Part shown: one piece after another, positions 9,914 through 18,901 of the stretch
Position numbering within the stretch: the stretch's first letter is position 1
Layout of the letters: each line of letters starts with the position of its first letter
Source: Desulfosudaceae bacterium
GTDB lineage: Bacteria > Desulfobacterota > Desulfobacteria > Desulfobacterales > Desulfosudaceae
Direction of reading: 5' to 3'
Length of the DNA: 64,000 bases
NCBI GenBank assembly: GCA_963674745.2
Contig: CAXXDV010000001.1
Location: 2,208,001 to 2,272,000 of the forward strand
Notes under the pieces: generated by a model
Told to the model about the DNA's origin: nothing
Databases searched by the model: none
Seen by the model: only the letters and a program-made list of their open reading frames with translations
Program-made: the position numbers and the translations under genes

Positions 9914-11178
9914 TCCGATTCATATTCGAATACGATATTATTTATAATGTCCTGGCATTCGGCACCAATATCATCCATACCAGGCGCAATGATCACATGG
10001 CCCAACTGCCAGGCGTCATAATCTTCCGGCGGCGTCCGGACAACATGTCCGGGTTTTTTGGATATAAATATTTCCCGCACCCGTGGATCGCCTTCAATAC
10101 CCCTGGTATTCACCTGCTTCAATACCCCTTCCTGCATCGAGAATAATCGTACCCCGGTATACGGCGTGTTATCATCCGGATCATCTATCCGGACAGGATA
10201 CTGGCGCGCGAAGTCAATATTCAGCTTCAGGATATCCATGTTCCGGCAGTTTTTGAGAAGAAAGGGAAGGCAATCGCCACCCGGTCGAGGGGTCATTTCC
10301 AGAAATATGATTTGATCATTGCAAGTCATGATGTCTACCATGCAGACAGCGCGGGAAATCCCCAGGGCTTCAGCGCCCCGCACCAGCAGGTTTTCGAAAT
10401 CCGTTTCCCGGATCAAATCGGGTAAGTGATTGACAAGCGTATATGCCCGGGTCGTTCCAAATGGGCCGCCATCAAACGGTGTCTTTCGACACAACCGCAG
10501 CACCCTGGCCCGATGGTTTTCAATTATGAAATCACCGCTGTACTCAACGCCGTCCACATATTCTTCGGCCATGATGTCAGGTCGACCGGCAGCAACACGA
10601 CTGTACATGCGATGAAACGACCGTAAATCCAGACCCTCCCGTATTGTCCGGTATGCGCTCCAGCATTCACTTTCAGTCCGGCAGATAAAAACCAGTTCGC
10701 TGCCGCTTCCACTGACCGGTTTTATTACCAGCGGTTTTCCAATGGTGTTCAAAACTTCAACCACTTCTTTTTCGGAACGCACAAGCCTCGCTCTTGGACA
10801 TGGCACACCGGCCGTATGCCATGCCGTGCGTGTCAGGTGTTTGTTCCGGCATTTCCGAATGGCGTCCGGCGAGGGATAAGACAATTCATATTCCCGCGCA
10901 AGTATCGCCGTCAGTTCCATCGATTCACAGTCAAAACAGGCGATCCCGTTTAGCGACAGGCCTTCGCGGTCTATATGATTCTGAAGGTGTTGTCGAACCA
11001 GACTTACATCTGTAAGCCGGCAAAGAATTTCATCGTGGAAAAGAAGGGGGGGTAAACCCGCGGACGCACGGACAGCCGGATCGGTAATAAACAACGCTTC
11101 ACCGGGGCAGGCCTGCCTTATCCACTCAATATAGTCGGCGGTAGAACCAACGACCAGCACTTTAGATTCAAACGGCAT
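9910..11178 (-). CDS. ATP-grasp ligase (L-amino-acid-ligase-like)
   Basis: CRNK, VIKPVSGSGS, EEYVDGVEYS, LEMTPRPGG; overlaps both neighbours. Confidence 0.85.
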   Translation of the reverse strand: MPFESKVLVVGSTADYIEWIRQACPGEALFITDPAVRASAGLPPLLFHDEILCRLTDVSLVRQHLQNHIDREGLSLNGIACFDCESMELTAILAREYELSYPSPDAIRKCRNKHLTRTAWHTAGVPCPRARLVRSEKEVVEVLNTIGKPLVIKPVSGSGSELVFICRTESECWSAYRTIREGLDLRSFHRMYSRVAAGRPDIMAEEYVDGVEYSGDFIIENHRARVLRLCRKTPFDGGPFGTTRAYTLVNHLPDLIRETDFENLLVRGAEALGISRAVCMVDIMTCNDQIIFLEMTPRPGGDCLPFLLKNCRNMDILKLNIDFARQYPVRIDDPDDNTPYTGVRLFSMQEGVLKQVNTRGIEGDPRVREIFISKKPGHVVRTPPEDYDAWQLGHVIIAPGMDDIGAECQDIINNIVFEYESD

Positions 11179-12136
11179 GGTCCATTGCCCGAACGTATGT
11201 ATCTGTTGTTTCTGCATGCGTTACAAATGGAATATCCATTTTGAAAAGTGGTCTGGGCGTCAGTCGAAACCGTTCCTTCCACCCGAAATCACCGCACAGA
11301 AAATCAACGGATATCATATGTTCACGGCATGCCCGTTCCATATGATGCAAGTTGATCAGTTTGGCCACACCGGGAAAATCGGCGTTCGTTCCACCGGCAA
11401 GAAGGGTATAGCGCCCCTTATAGACCGAGCCCATGTCCACGGCAGCCAGCTTGCCGCCCAGTTCCACGGCCGTGATCCGGAGCATGCCGTTATCTTGGAG
11501 CCAGTTCGCAAGATTTTGAAAGGCGCGAAGGAAACGGGCATCACTGAAATATGATGCCTCTCTGAATGTCTTCTGATTAAGTTTAAACAATCTGTCCAGA
11601 TCCGGCAGGCTGTCATATCTCCACGTAACGCCAATCGACTCCAGGCGATTCACCTCCTGCAGGATTTTTTTACGCGACTTGCCGGGAAATTGGTCAAGAT
11701 AAGTCTTGAATGAATATTGATAATCACCAGGGTAGAACAAGTACCCCATCTCATCTATTACCTGTAGCTCAACGCACATATTCAGGGACTCGCCGGTCAG
11801 GTAACGGATATGCGCCTGGCCCGGTATGTGTTCCACCAAAGCATGGAACACATTTTCATCTCTTGAGATAATGCGGTTTTGTTCAAGCCATGTCCCTCCC
11901 GCCCATAGTTCACCGGGGAAATGTGCGTATGTACGCGTCTCCATCATCCGGCTCAACGCCAGCATACCGGCAACTTGATCACCATCTTCAGCAATGATAA
12001 AGTGCGGTTTGTGGTTGAACTCACGCTGGAAAGACGCCCGTACCGGCCACAGGTCAAATACCTTTTCCTTCGGCCAGGCCTTTGTCCAGCAGCGTTCTGC
12101 CTCTTCCAGATCGTCGCATATCCGCACATTAAACAT
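11168..12136 (-). CDS. GNAT-fold protein (CelD/BcsL/FemAB-like)
   Basis: C-terminal FPGVAKL..H..AC..VDFLCGDFGWKERF pattern; AAGGAG RBS. Confidence 0.7.
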   Translation of the reverse strand: MFNVRICDDLEEAERCWTKAWPKEKVFDLWPVRASFQREFNHKPHFIIAEDGDQVAGMLALSRMMETRTYAHFPGELWAGGTWLEQNRIISRDENVFHALVEHIPGQAHIRYLTGESLNMCVELQVIDEMGYLFYPGDYQYSFKTYLDQFPGKSRKKILQEVNRLESIGVTWRYDSLPDLDRLFKLNQKTFREASYFSDARFLRAFQNLANWLQDNGMLRITAVELGGKLAAVDMGSVYKGRYTLLAGGTNADFPGVAKLINLHHMERACREHMISVDFLCGDFGWKERFRLTPRPLFKMDIPFVTHAETTDTYVRAMDHAV

Positions 12137-12147
12137 GACGCTACTCC

Positions 12148-12594
12148 TTACTGCCTGAGTGTCACATTAAGCTGGCTGTGTGTCCCGCCAAAGAAGGCCT
12201 GGGCAAACGCTCTGACTACTTCAGGGTCGTACGGCTTGCAACTGAACACGTCCAGATACGTGCTGTTGGTCAGATTTGCAAAATGAGCTGAAATAAGTGA
12301 TGTTTCAATCAGCTGAACCATTGAGTATCCGGCTACTCGCTCATCTTCGCCGAAATGAACCACCTGGGTTTCCCCAAAACGTTTCATTTCTATGAGATCA
12401 CACAACTCTTTTACAAAACGTTTGATTTCGTCTGCGTCTCTGATTTTCATGGGATCGCAGTCATAAATGTCGATTGCGGAGGCAATACCCCATACGTTCA
12501 TGGCGATTGCTTTTTGTTTGATGAACGAATAGCAGTTGTCATCCTTTTCTTCGTCCGGATACGCTCCTCTTTCCCCCTCAACCAAATTTTTCAT
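12148..12594 (-). CDS. speD: Pyruvoyl-dependent S-adenosylmethionine decarboxylase-like proenzyme
   Basis: IDIYDC, HFG..GYS..LIETSLISAH, YLDVFSCK. Confidence 0.75.
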   Translation of the reverse strand: MKNLVEGERGAYPDEEKDDNCYSFIKQKAIAMNVWGIASAIDIYDCDPMKIRDADEIKRFVKELCDLIEMKRFGETQVVHFGEDERVAGYSMVQLIETSLISAHFANLTNSTYLDVFSCKPYDPEVVRAFAQAFFGGTHSQLNVTLRQ

Positions 12595-12645
12595 TTTTTA
12601 CTCTCCCTTCGATCTTGAAGTATTGAACGAAAACGTTACGCTTCG

Positions 12646-12786
12646 TTATGAATTTTCTTCCCACATCTTGTCCTTTAGTGTTTTCTGCCTGTGATGCCGC
12701 TTTCCGGACTTTTTGTCTTTTTTTTTGTTGAAATCCATTTCATCGTCCAGGGTATTCATGTGCCTGTTCTTTTTCTTTTTAGACAT
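12646..12786 (-). CDS. 46-aa Lys-rich small peptide, first ORF of the operon
   Basis: ATG at 12786 with GAGG RBS; MSKKKKNRHMNTLDDEMDFNKKKDKKSGKRHHRQKTLKDKMWEENS; downstream of the sigma54 site. Confidence 0.6.
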   Translation of the reverse strand: MSKKKKNRHMNTLDDEMDFNKKKDKKSGKRHHRQKTLKDKMWEENS

Positions 12787-12862
12787 GTGAACCTCAAAAT
12801 ATTGTACCTGTTTCAACCGGCTGATTAATATCTCGTCCCGATCAATTCCTTTTAATGTGCAT

Positions 12863-12878
12863 AGCATTTTATGTGCCA
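12863..12878 (-). promoter_or_regulatory. Sigma54 (-24/-12) promoter
   Basis: TGGCAC-ATAAA-ATGCT with correct GG-N10-GC spacing, pointing into the peptide-speD operon. Confidence 0.8.
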
Positions 12879-13203
12879 GTACGTTAAAAATATTTAACAA
12901 ACTGAATTTATTTGATTATATTTTTCAGGAAGGGCTTGGGGAAAATGCGTAAACGCAAAAATATGGTATTACTATGCCGATTTATTTTTTTTAGGAAACT
13001 TATTGCTTATTTATGGCGGGCTATGTTATAATTGTCAGAATTTGAAGTAATGAGACTCAGGAAAACTGAAAAGCGGTGCAGGAAGTTTTATTATACATTA
13101 CATTTGTATAGCTTAATAGTAAGGTACAATAAATTTTATGACTTCGGATTAACGCTGTCAAGCTTAAAAAAGTGGAATTTTTATTCCGATTTAGGGAAAA
13201 ATA

Positions 13204-14619
13204 ATGATTATTCGTTTAGTCCTGGCTTTAGACGACAGGCACCTGCAGAAGAAACTGGAAAAAGAGTTTACCGGTCCGGATATTCAAACAGAAAAATACG
13301 GCCACCTGAAGGACGCATGGCAGAAAGTAGAGCGCAGTTGCGGTGATGTTATCATCATCAGCGAATCGAGACTCTTGCAGCCGGTTGAAACCGGTATCGC
13401 TAATTTGAATAACCTCCCTGAAAACCCTGTCACGATCATCCTTCATCACTCCGATTCGTCTGAAAAAATGGCCCAGTTAACAGCCGCCGGTGCCGATGTC
13501 GTTCTTTCCACAGGTATTTCACATCAGAGCCTGGTAGAGGCAATAGATACCACACTGGAGTCCAGGCGACAATTTGTTCAAAAAGAGTCCCTGGCACGTC
13601 GCGGTATTATCTCTCCCCGCCTGGGCGATTTTGTAATGGACAGCGAGGTCATGCGGATTTTTATCTCTGAAGTGCAGCAGATCGTTCAGAGTGATTCACC
13701 CATCCTTATCACCGGAGAAACCGGAGTGGGGAAGGAGCATCTTGCCAAAGCCATTCATGCCGAAAGCGTAAGGTCAAACGGTCCTTTTGTAACTGTCAAC
13801 ACAACGGCCTTTCCGGACCAACTCCTGGAAAGTGAATTGTTCGGCCATGAGCAGGGTGCATTTACGGGTGCAACCCGATATCGCCGCGGTTCCTTTGAGC
13901 AGGCTCACGGCGGCACCCTTTTTCTTGATGAAATCGGGGATATGCCTCTCCATTTGCAGGCCAAGCTCTTACGCGTTCTTCAGGATTATGAAGTCAAACC
14001 CCTTGGAAGTGAAAAGTCGATCTGGGTGGATATTCGTGTTATTGCTGCAACAAATAAAGATTTGGAAAAAGAGATCGAAAAAGGCAATTTCCGTCTGGAT
14101 CTGTATTACCGTTTAAGCGTTCTGTCTCTAACGATTCCCCCACTGCGTGAACGTCGTGAAGACATCCCGGCGCTTTCCCGGCGTTTTATTAATTACAACC
14201 GATACAAACTGAACAAAGACCCCTACCGATTGTCCCAGGATGCTATCGATGTCCTTTGCGCTTACGAATGGCCGGGGAACACGCGAGAACTGATGAACAT
14301 CATTGAACGGGCCATGCTTCTTTCACAACATAACGAGATTACGCTAAAAGATCTGCCACAGATATTCCACAGAGGCATAAATATCACGTCCGATATACCG
14401 GACATTGCCCCGTTTTTATTTGTCAACGGGATGAAAAACAAAACCCTTCCTGAAATCCTTGAGGCCGTCCGGGATCATGTTGAAAAAAAATATATTGAAA
14501 TGGTTTTGACTGAGACCGCCGGCCGCGTCGGGAGGGCTGCCGGTAAAGCCGGAATTAATCAAAGAGGGTTTTATAATAAGATGAAGAAATACGGATTACG
14601 GAAAGAAGACTTTAAATAA
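13204..14619 (+). CDS. Sigma54-dependent enhancer-binding protein (NtrC/Fis family) with degenerate receiver domain
   Basis: GETGVGKE, ESELFGH..GAFTGA, LFLDEIG, WPGNTREL, C-terminal HTH. Confidence 0.92.
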   Translation: MIIRLVLALDDRHLQKKLEKEFTGPDIQTEKYGHLKDAWQKVERSCGDVIIISESRLLQPVETGIANLNNLPENPVTIILHHSDSSEKMAQLTAAGADVVLSTGISHQSLVEAIDTTLESRRQFVQKESLARRGIISPRLGDFVMDSEVMRIFISEVQQIVQSDSPILITGETGVGKEHLAKAIHAESVRSNGPFVTVNTTAFPDQLLESELFGHEQGAFTGATRYRRGSFEQAHGGTLFLDEIGDMPLHLQAKLLRVLQDYEVKPLGSEKSIWVDIRVIAATNKDLEKEIEKGNFRLDLYYRLSVLSLTIPPLRERREDIPALSRRFINYNRYKLNKDPYRLSQDAIDVLCAYEWPGNTRELMNIIERAMLLSQHNEITLKDLPQIFHRGINITSDIPDIAPFLFVNGMKNKTLPEILEAVRDHVEKKYIEMVLTETAGRVGRAAGKAGINQRGFYNKMKKYGLRKEDFK

Positions 14620-14714
14620 TGAGACAATGATAAAAAAGACGGTTCGTCCACTTTTTCCCCGATACCTTCGAGCTTCTTGAGCGGGTACGATGTTGCTGTT
14701 TTATAACACAAATA

Positions 14715-14743
14715 TTGACCATTAACGTTATTTTTGATATATA
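14715..14743 (+). promoter_or_regulatory. Possible sigma70 promoter
   Basis: TTGACC-17 nt-TATATA with TG extension, upstream of ORF 14801. Confidence 0.35.
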
Positions 14744-14800
14744 GACATAAAATATAGGTGGTTAGTCCTTAACCAGGGTTAAATTATCAGGCAGGCAAAC

Positions 14801-15352
14801 ATGAAAAAACGATCATGCAGCATTATTTTTTTGTCCATTGTCGGTATGATGATTTGTTTTTCGGCCACAGTGCGGGCTGATGATGAAAAGGCCCCCGAGC
14901 GGATAACGGACATGGTGGGTATCTATGGGAAGAAAACGGTTCTTTTCCATATTATCGGGGGGGATAACAATAATTTTACGATCCGGGTTGAAAACATACT
15001 GATGAAATCCCCGAATCCGTTGCGCGGGATTAATGAGGCCTACCTTGACATTGCCACGATTCGTCATGACATGAAAAGATTCAGGGTGACGATTGACGAA
15101 CTGGAGAAGCGCCTCAAGCAATACGATGAGGAACAGGCGGCTTCAGAGCAGCGGAAAACACAAGAACACTTGAAGAAGCAGGAAATCGCCAGACAAAGAG
15201 AACTGGAGAGACGAAAACGATTAATGGAAGAAGCCACCCTGGAAAGCGCATTTGAAGAAGCCATCGGTAAGCCGATTGAGGAGGAAGCAACCTCTCCAGA
15301 GGGAGAAGCTGAAGAAGACGCTGCAGAAGAAACTGAAGCAGAAGCAGAATGA
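14801..15352 (+). CDS. Hypothetical exported protein with coiled-coil and acidic tail
   Basis: Signal-peptide-like N-terminus; E/K/R-rich helix. Confidence 0.65.
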   Translation: MKKRSCSIIFLSIVGMMICFSATVRADDEKAPERITDMVGIYGKKTVLFHIIGGDNNNFTIRVENILMKSPNPLRGINEAYLDIATIRHDMKRFRVTIDELEKRLKQYDEEQAASEQRKTQEHLKKQEIARQRELERRKRLMEEATLESAFEEAIGKPIEEEATSPEGEAEEDAAEETEAEAE

Positions 15353-15396
15353 TTTATAGATGGTAGGCCAGGGACAATAATCCGGGCCTATGCCCT

Positions 15397-16092
15397 CTAT
15401 TCGTCGAGCAGGAGCGCTTCGATGGCATCACTCTCGGGGCAATCCGGCAACACATAACCGCCGAAAAGCGCCGAACCCACCCAGCGCGCCTCATCACGGA
15501 GCAGCATCTCTCCCAGCTTGAAAGCCACATAGGCGTCGAGGTGATCATCATCCAATCCGGCCTGTTCAGGAAAACCAAGGGCCTGAGCAACAATGGCCGT
15601 TTCACTTTTGCTGCCCTTGTATCGTTTCAAGGGGTGTTTGATCTTTTTGTCAGCCCACCAGACCGCTATGGCTAAAGCCGGATGCACTTCAACTAAACAA
15701 TGACCATTGTTGATGCTGCTCACAAGTTTCAAACGACCCGGCGTAGCGCCGAATGGATAGCCCAATGTATGACAGGTAATTGACCAATGCGGCAGGAGGG
15801 CAAAATGTTCGGAATTGACAGCGTTGTTTTCGACTTGGCCTTTTTCTACCCGGGAAGATATCCATTTGCGGACGCTCTTGTCGATTTTGCGGTCATAAAA
15901 GTCATCGGAATCAAATCCCAGCGGTGCATCCCAGGCAATCAGCACATTTTCGTTCTTTTCCAGCAACTGATAAACCCAGGAGCGAAGTGCCTGGGGGGAG
16001 AGACGATCAAAGCAGTCATCACCGTGACAAATCACCGTATCCTTGGATGGCGCAGGGTCGACACCGACGATGTACCAGTTATTTTCTGTCAT
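15397..16092 (-). CDS. DUF429-like predicted nuclease (RNase H fold)
   Basis: VGVD, WDAPLGF, VEVHPALA, DDHLDAYVA. Confidence 0.65.
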   Translation of the reverse strand: MTENNWYIVGVDPAPSKDTVICHGDDCFDRLSPQALRSWVYQLLEKNENVLIAWDAPLGFDSDDFYDRKIDKSVRKWISSRVEKGQVENNAVNSEHFALLPHWSITCHTLGYPFGATPGRLKLVSSINNGHCLVEVHPALAIAVWWADKKIKHPLKRYKGSKSETAIVAQALGFPEQAGLDDDHLDAYVAFKLGEMLLRDEARWVGSALFGGYVLPDCPESDAIEALLLDE

Positions 16093-16514
16093 AAGCCTTC
16101 AGTCGTTGAAAAATTGATTGTTCTAATGAATTTTCCCGTTTAGGGGCCGGGCGCCGTATCAATCGATAAGATCCCCTGATCTTGTCGCTGAGCGGGTGAA
16201 AGTGCCGCTGATTTTTTTATATATAGCTATTTGTAGCGGGGGTGTCAACTAAACACAGCACTAAACACAGCATCAAGAAAACCGGAAAGCAGATGTTTTT
16301 TTTGTGCCGACAAATAATGATATACTCAAAACGATATCATTGATTCGACTGAAATGATGTGATTTGATGTGGTTACCCGGTCGCTGGTTTCGTAAAAAGT
16401 CCAAATGTTTAATCCCGTCACCGGCCGGGTCTCGAAAAAGAAACGCCGTGACTGCTTAACGATCAATACGCCAGGGCAATAAAAGATGAAGCAAATTACC
16501 AAAGAGGGAAGATC

Positions 16515-17603
16515 ATGACCGAAGATATTTATGTCAAGCTGGGTGAGCGGCTGAATCAGAATTTCATGAAGCTGCCGCTGGGGGAGCCGGTACTGGCGTT
16601 TTTGAAAAAAGCCTTTCTGCCTGAGCAGGCGGAGATAGCCGCCAATCTGCCCATGGGCGCGCATCCTCTGGAACACTTGGCAGGCGTGTTGGGGCGTGAC
16701 CCAAACGAGCTGTTTGAGATGCTTGACCGCATGGCGGACAAAGGCCTTGTTTTTATCCACCGGGATGATGCGGGCGTTCATCATTACTCCCTTCCGCCTT
16801 TTTTTCCGGGAATTGTGGAGTTTCAGACCATGCGCGGCACGGAGAGTCCCGAAGACGTGGAAATGGCCGAAACAATCGGGCGCATGCTTAATTATCTGGA
16901 CGAGGTGGGCGAGGACCTGTTCAAGAACCCGGAAGTGGCCAACAAGGTGCTGCCCGCAGGTCTGCGGACCCTGACCGTGGAAAAAGAACTCCCCCCGGAT
17001 ACGACCGTTATGCCCTTTGAACAGGTCAGCGCCATTGTCCGGCAGGAAGCCTCTTTCGCAGTGGTTTACTGCCATTGCCGGCACCAGGCAAAATTGACCG
17101 GTAACCCCTGCCGGGTTGAAAACGTTCCCGAACGGACCTGTTTTTATTTCGGCCAGGTGGCCGATTTCATGATCGAGCGGGGATTTGCCCGACGGGTGTC
17201 AAAGGAGGCGTGTCTTGAAATTTTAAAACAGTGTGAAGCCGCCGGGCTGGTTCATAATATCAACAATTACCTCGGCCGTTCCCTGGTGCTCTGTAACTGC
17301 TGCAGCTGCTGCTGTGATTTTCTGGCCCGCATGAAAAAATACCGCGGGCTGCAAAGTGTGGCCCCGTCCAATTTCATTGTCAGCCTGGACCCGGAAAACT
17401 GTACCGGCTGCGGCACCTGTGTTGAGCGTTGCCAGATGGAGGCCCTGACCCTGGTTGATGACAAGGTGTCTTTAACGGAAAGCTACTGTATCGGCTGCGG
17501 CAACTGCGTGTCCGTCTGCCCGACCGAAACCCTTAAAATGGTGCGGCATTCCGACGCCCGCCCGGTTGAACTGAAATTTGATTTCCCCGGACTGGGGCTT
17601 TAA
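16515..17603 (+). CDS. 4Fe-4S dicluster-binding protein
   Basis: CHCR, CNCCSCCC and two CxxCxxCxxxC ferredoxin motifs. Confidence 0.88.
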   Translation: MTEDIYVKLGERLNQNFMKLPLGEPVLAFLKKAFLPEQAEIAANLPMGAHPLEHLAGVLGRDPNELFEMLDRMADKGLVFIHRDDAGVHHYSLPPFFPGIVEFQTMRGTESPEDVEMAETIGRMLNYLDEVGEDLFKNPEVANKVLPAGLRTLTVEKELPPDTTVMPFEQVSAIVRQEASFAVVYCHCRHQAKLTGNPCRVENVPERTCFYFGQVADFMIERGFARRVSKEACLEILKQCEAAGLVHNINNYLGRSLVLCNCCSCCCDFLARMKKYRGLQSVAPSNFIVSLDPENCTGCGTCVERCQMEALTLVDDKVSLTESYCIGCGNCVSVCPTETLKMVRHSDARPVELKFDFPGLGL

Positions 17604-17610
17604 TACAATA

Positions 17611-17752
17611 GGGTATCTCTAAAAATTAGAATTTTGGTTCGAGGTCAAGGCGTGCGAGAATTTTAACCGGAGGAATACATAGACGTATTTCGAGGATTAA
17701 AATTTGAGCACAACGCCGACATCGGGCCAAAAGGCAATTTTTAGCGGTGCCC
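17611..17752. mobile_element. Palindromic MITE-like element (~142 bp)
   Basis: Terminal IR gggtatctctaaaaatt / aatttttagcggtgccc; nested internal IRs; AATA direct repeat on both flanks. Confidence 0.7.
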
Positions 17753-17773
17753 AATATTCAAAACAACCTGTTT

Positions 17774-18877
17774 TCAGCGCAGGCGTTTTTGGGCGGCGTT
17801 TATGCGTTGAAGGATCAGGCTCTCAAACCGGTCGGCCTGGTCCTTGAATGTGATGCCGGCATCGAGCACGGCAAAGTCGCAACTTAATTCCGGCAGGCGC
17901 TGTTCGCTGAACTTGACGTAATCCTTTCCGCTGGTCACCATTAGCTCTGCCGCGCTTTTTCGTGCCGCCCGGAAGATCTCGGACAAGTCGGCGGCGGTAT
18001 AGTCATGATGGTCCCGGAAGAACCGGTGCCCCGCAATTTCAACCCCCTTTTGCCGGAGACTGTTCAGAAACGAGGGGTTGTCGGCCAGGCCGCTGAAAAC
18101 AAAAGCGCGCCGGTTGGCCAGGGCCTCGATACCCGGTATGGATCCTTCCGTTGGTGAGACCGTGCCAAAGGCAATCCAGTGCGTAATCACCGGTGTGTGG
18201 CAGGCGTAAAAGGCCGGTTTGTCCTGAATCCAGGTTTTCAGTCTTCGGGGATGCGGCGCGTCGGGATTGTCGGACCGGGTGAACACGATGATGTCTGCCA
18301 GCCTGATGGTCGCCAATGGCTCCCTGAGCGGACCGGCCGGCAGCAGGAGGCGGTTTCCCAGCGGCCGGACGTTGTCCAGCAGCACGATATCAATGTCCCG
18401 GGCCAGCTGAAAATGCTGGAACCCGTCATCCAGCAGGACCACGTCCGGGGAAAACCGTTGGATGGCCTGCATGGCGATGTCGTATCTTTTTCGTCCCACG
18501 GCCACGGGAACGTTGGCCAGCCGGCGGGCCATAAGCAACGGTTCATCGCCCGAGCGATCAGCCGCCATGAGGATGTCCCGCCCGTTGCTTACCAGGCCGC
18601 CTTGGGCGGAGGCGCTGCCCCGGTAGCCCCGGCTGACGATCAGCGGGGTCATTCCCGCTTGCTGCAGTCGCCTGGCCAGGTAAATGGTCATGGGCGTTTT
18701 GCCGGTACCGCCGGTGGTCAAATTACCGATGGAAATCGTCGGGCAGGGCAATCGTTTTGTTTTAAGGATATTGGCGGTATACAGCTTTCTCCGTAAAAAG
18801 GCGGCCGGGCCGTATAGCCAGGAGGCGGGAAGAAGGGCGGCCGTCGTCGGGTTTGATCTGTTGTTCATGGTCTTCAT
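17774..18877 (-). CDS. lpxK: Tetraacyldisaccharide 4'-kinase
   Basis: GNLTTGGTGKTP, SRGY, GDEP, LDDGFQH, GPLRE. Confidence 0.95.
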   Translation of the reverse strand: MKTMNNRSNPTTAALLPASWLYGPAAFLRRKLYTANILKTKRLPCPTISIGNLTTGGTGKTPMTIYLARRLQQAGMTPLIVSRGYRGSASAQGGLVSNGRDILMAADRSGDEPLLMARRLANVPVAVGRKRYDIAMQAIQRFSPDVVLLDDGFQHFQLARDIDIVLLDNVRPLGNRLLLPAGPLREPLATIRLADIIVFTRSDNPDAPHPRRLKTWIQDKPAFYACHTPVITHWIAFGTVSPTEGSIPGIEALANRRAFVFSGLADNPSFLNSLRQKGVEIAGHRFFRDHHDYTAADLSEIFRAARKSAAELMVTSGKDYVKFSEQRLPELSCDFAVLDAGITFKDQADRFESLILQRINAAQKRLR

Positions 18878-18901
18878 GTTTTGTTGCCGCTAAGGCGAAA
18901 A

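Noticed and set aside
16248..16271. 12-bp tandem duplication ACTAAACACAGC x2
   Set aside because: Real but only two copies, with no supporting context for a function.
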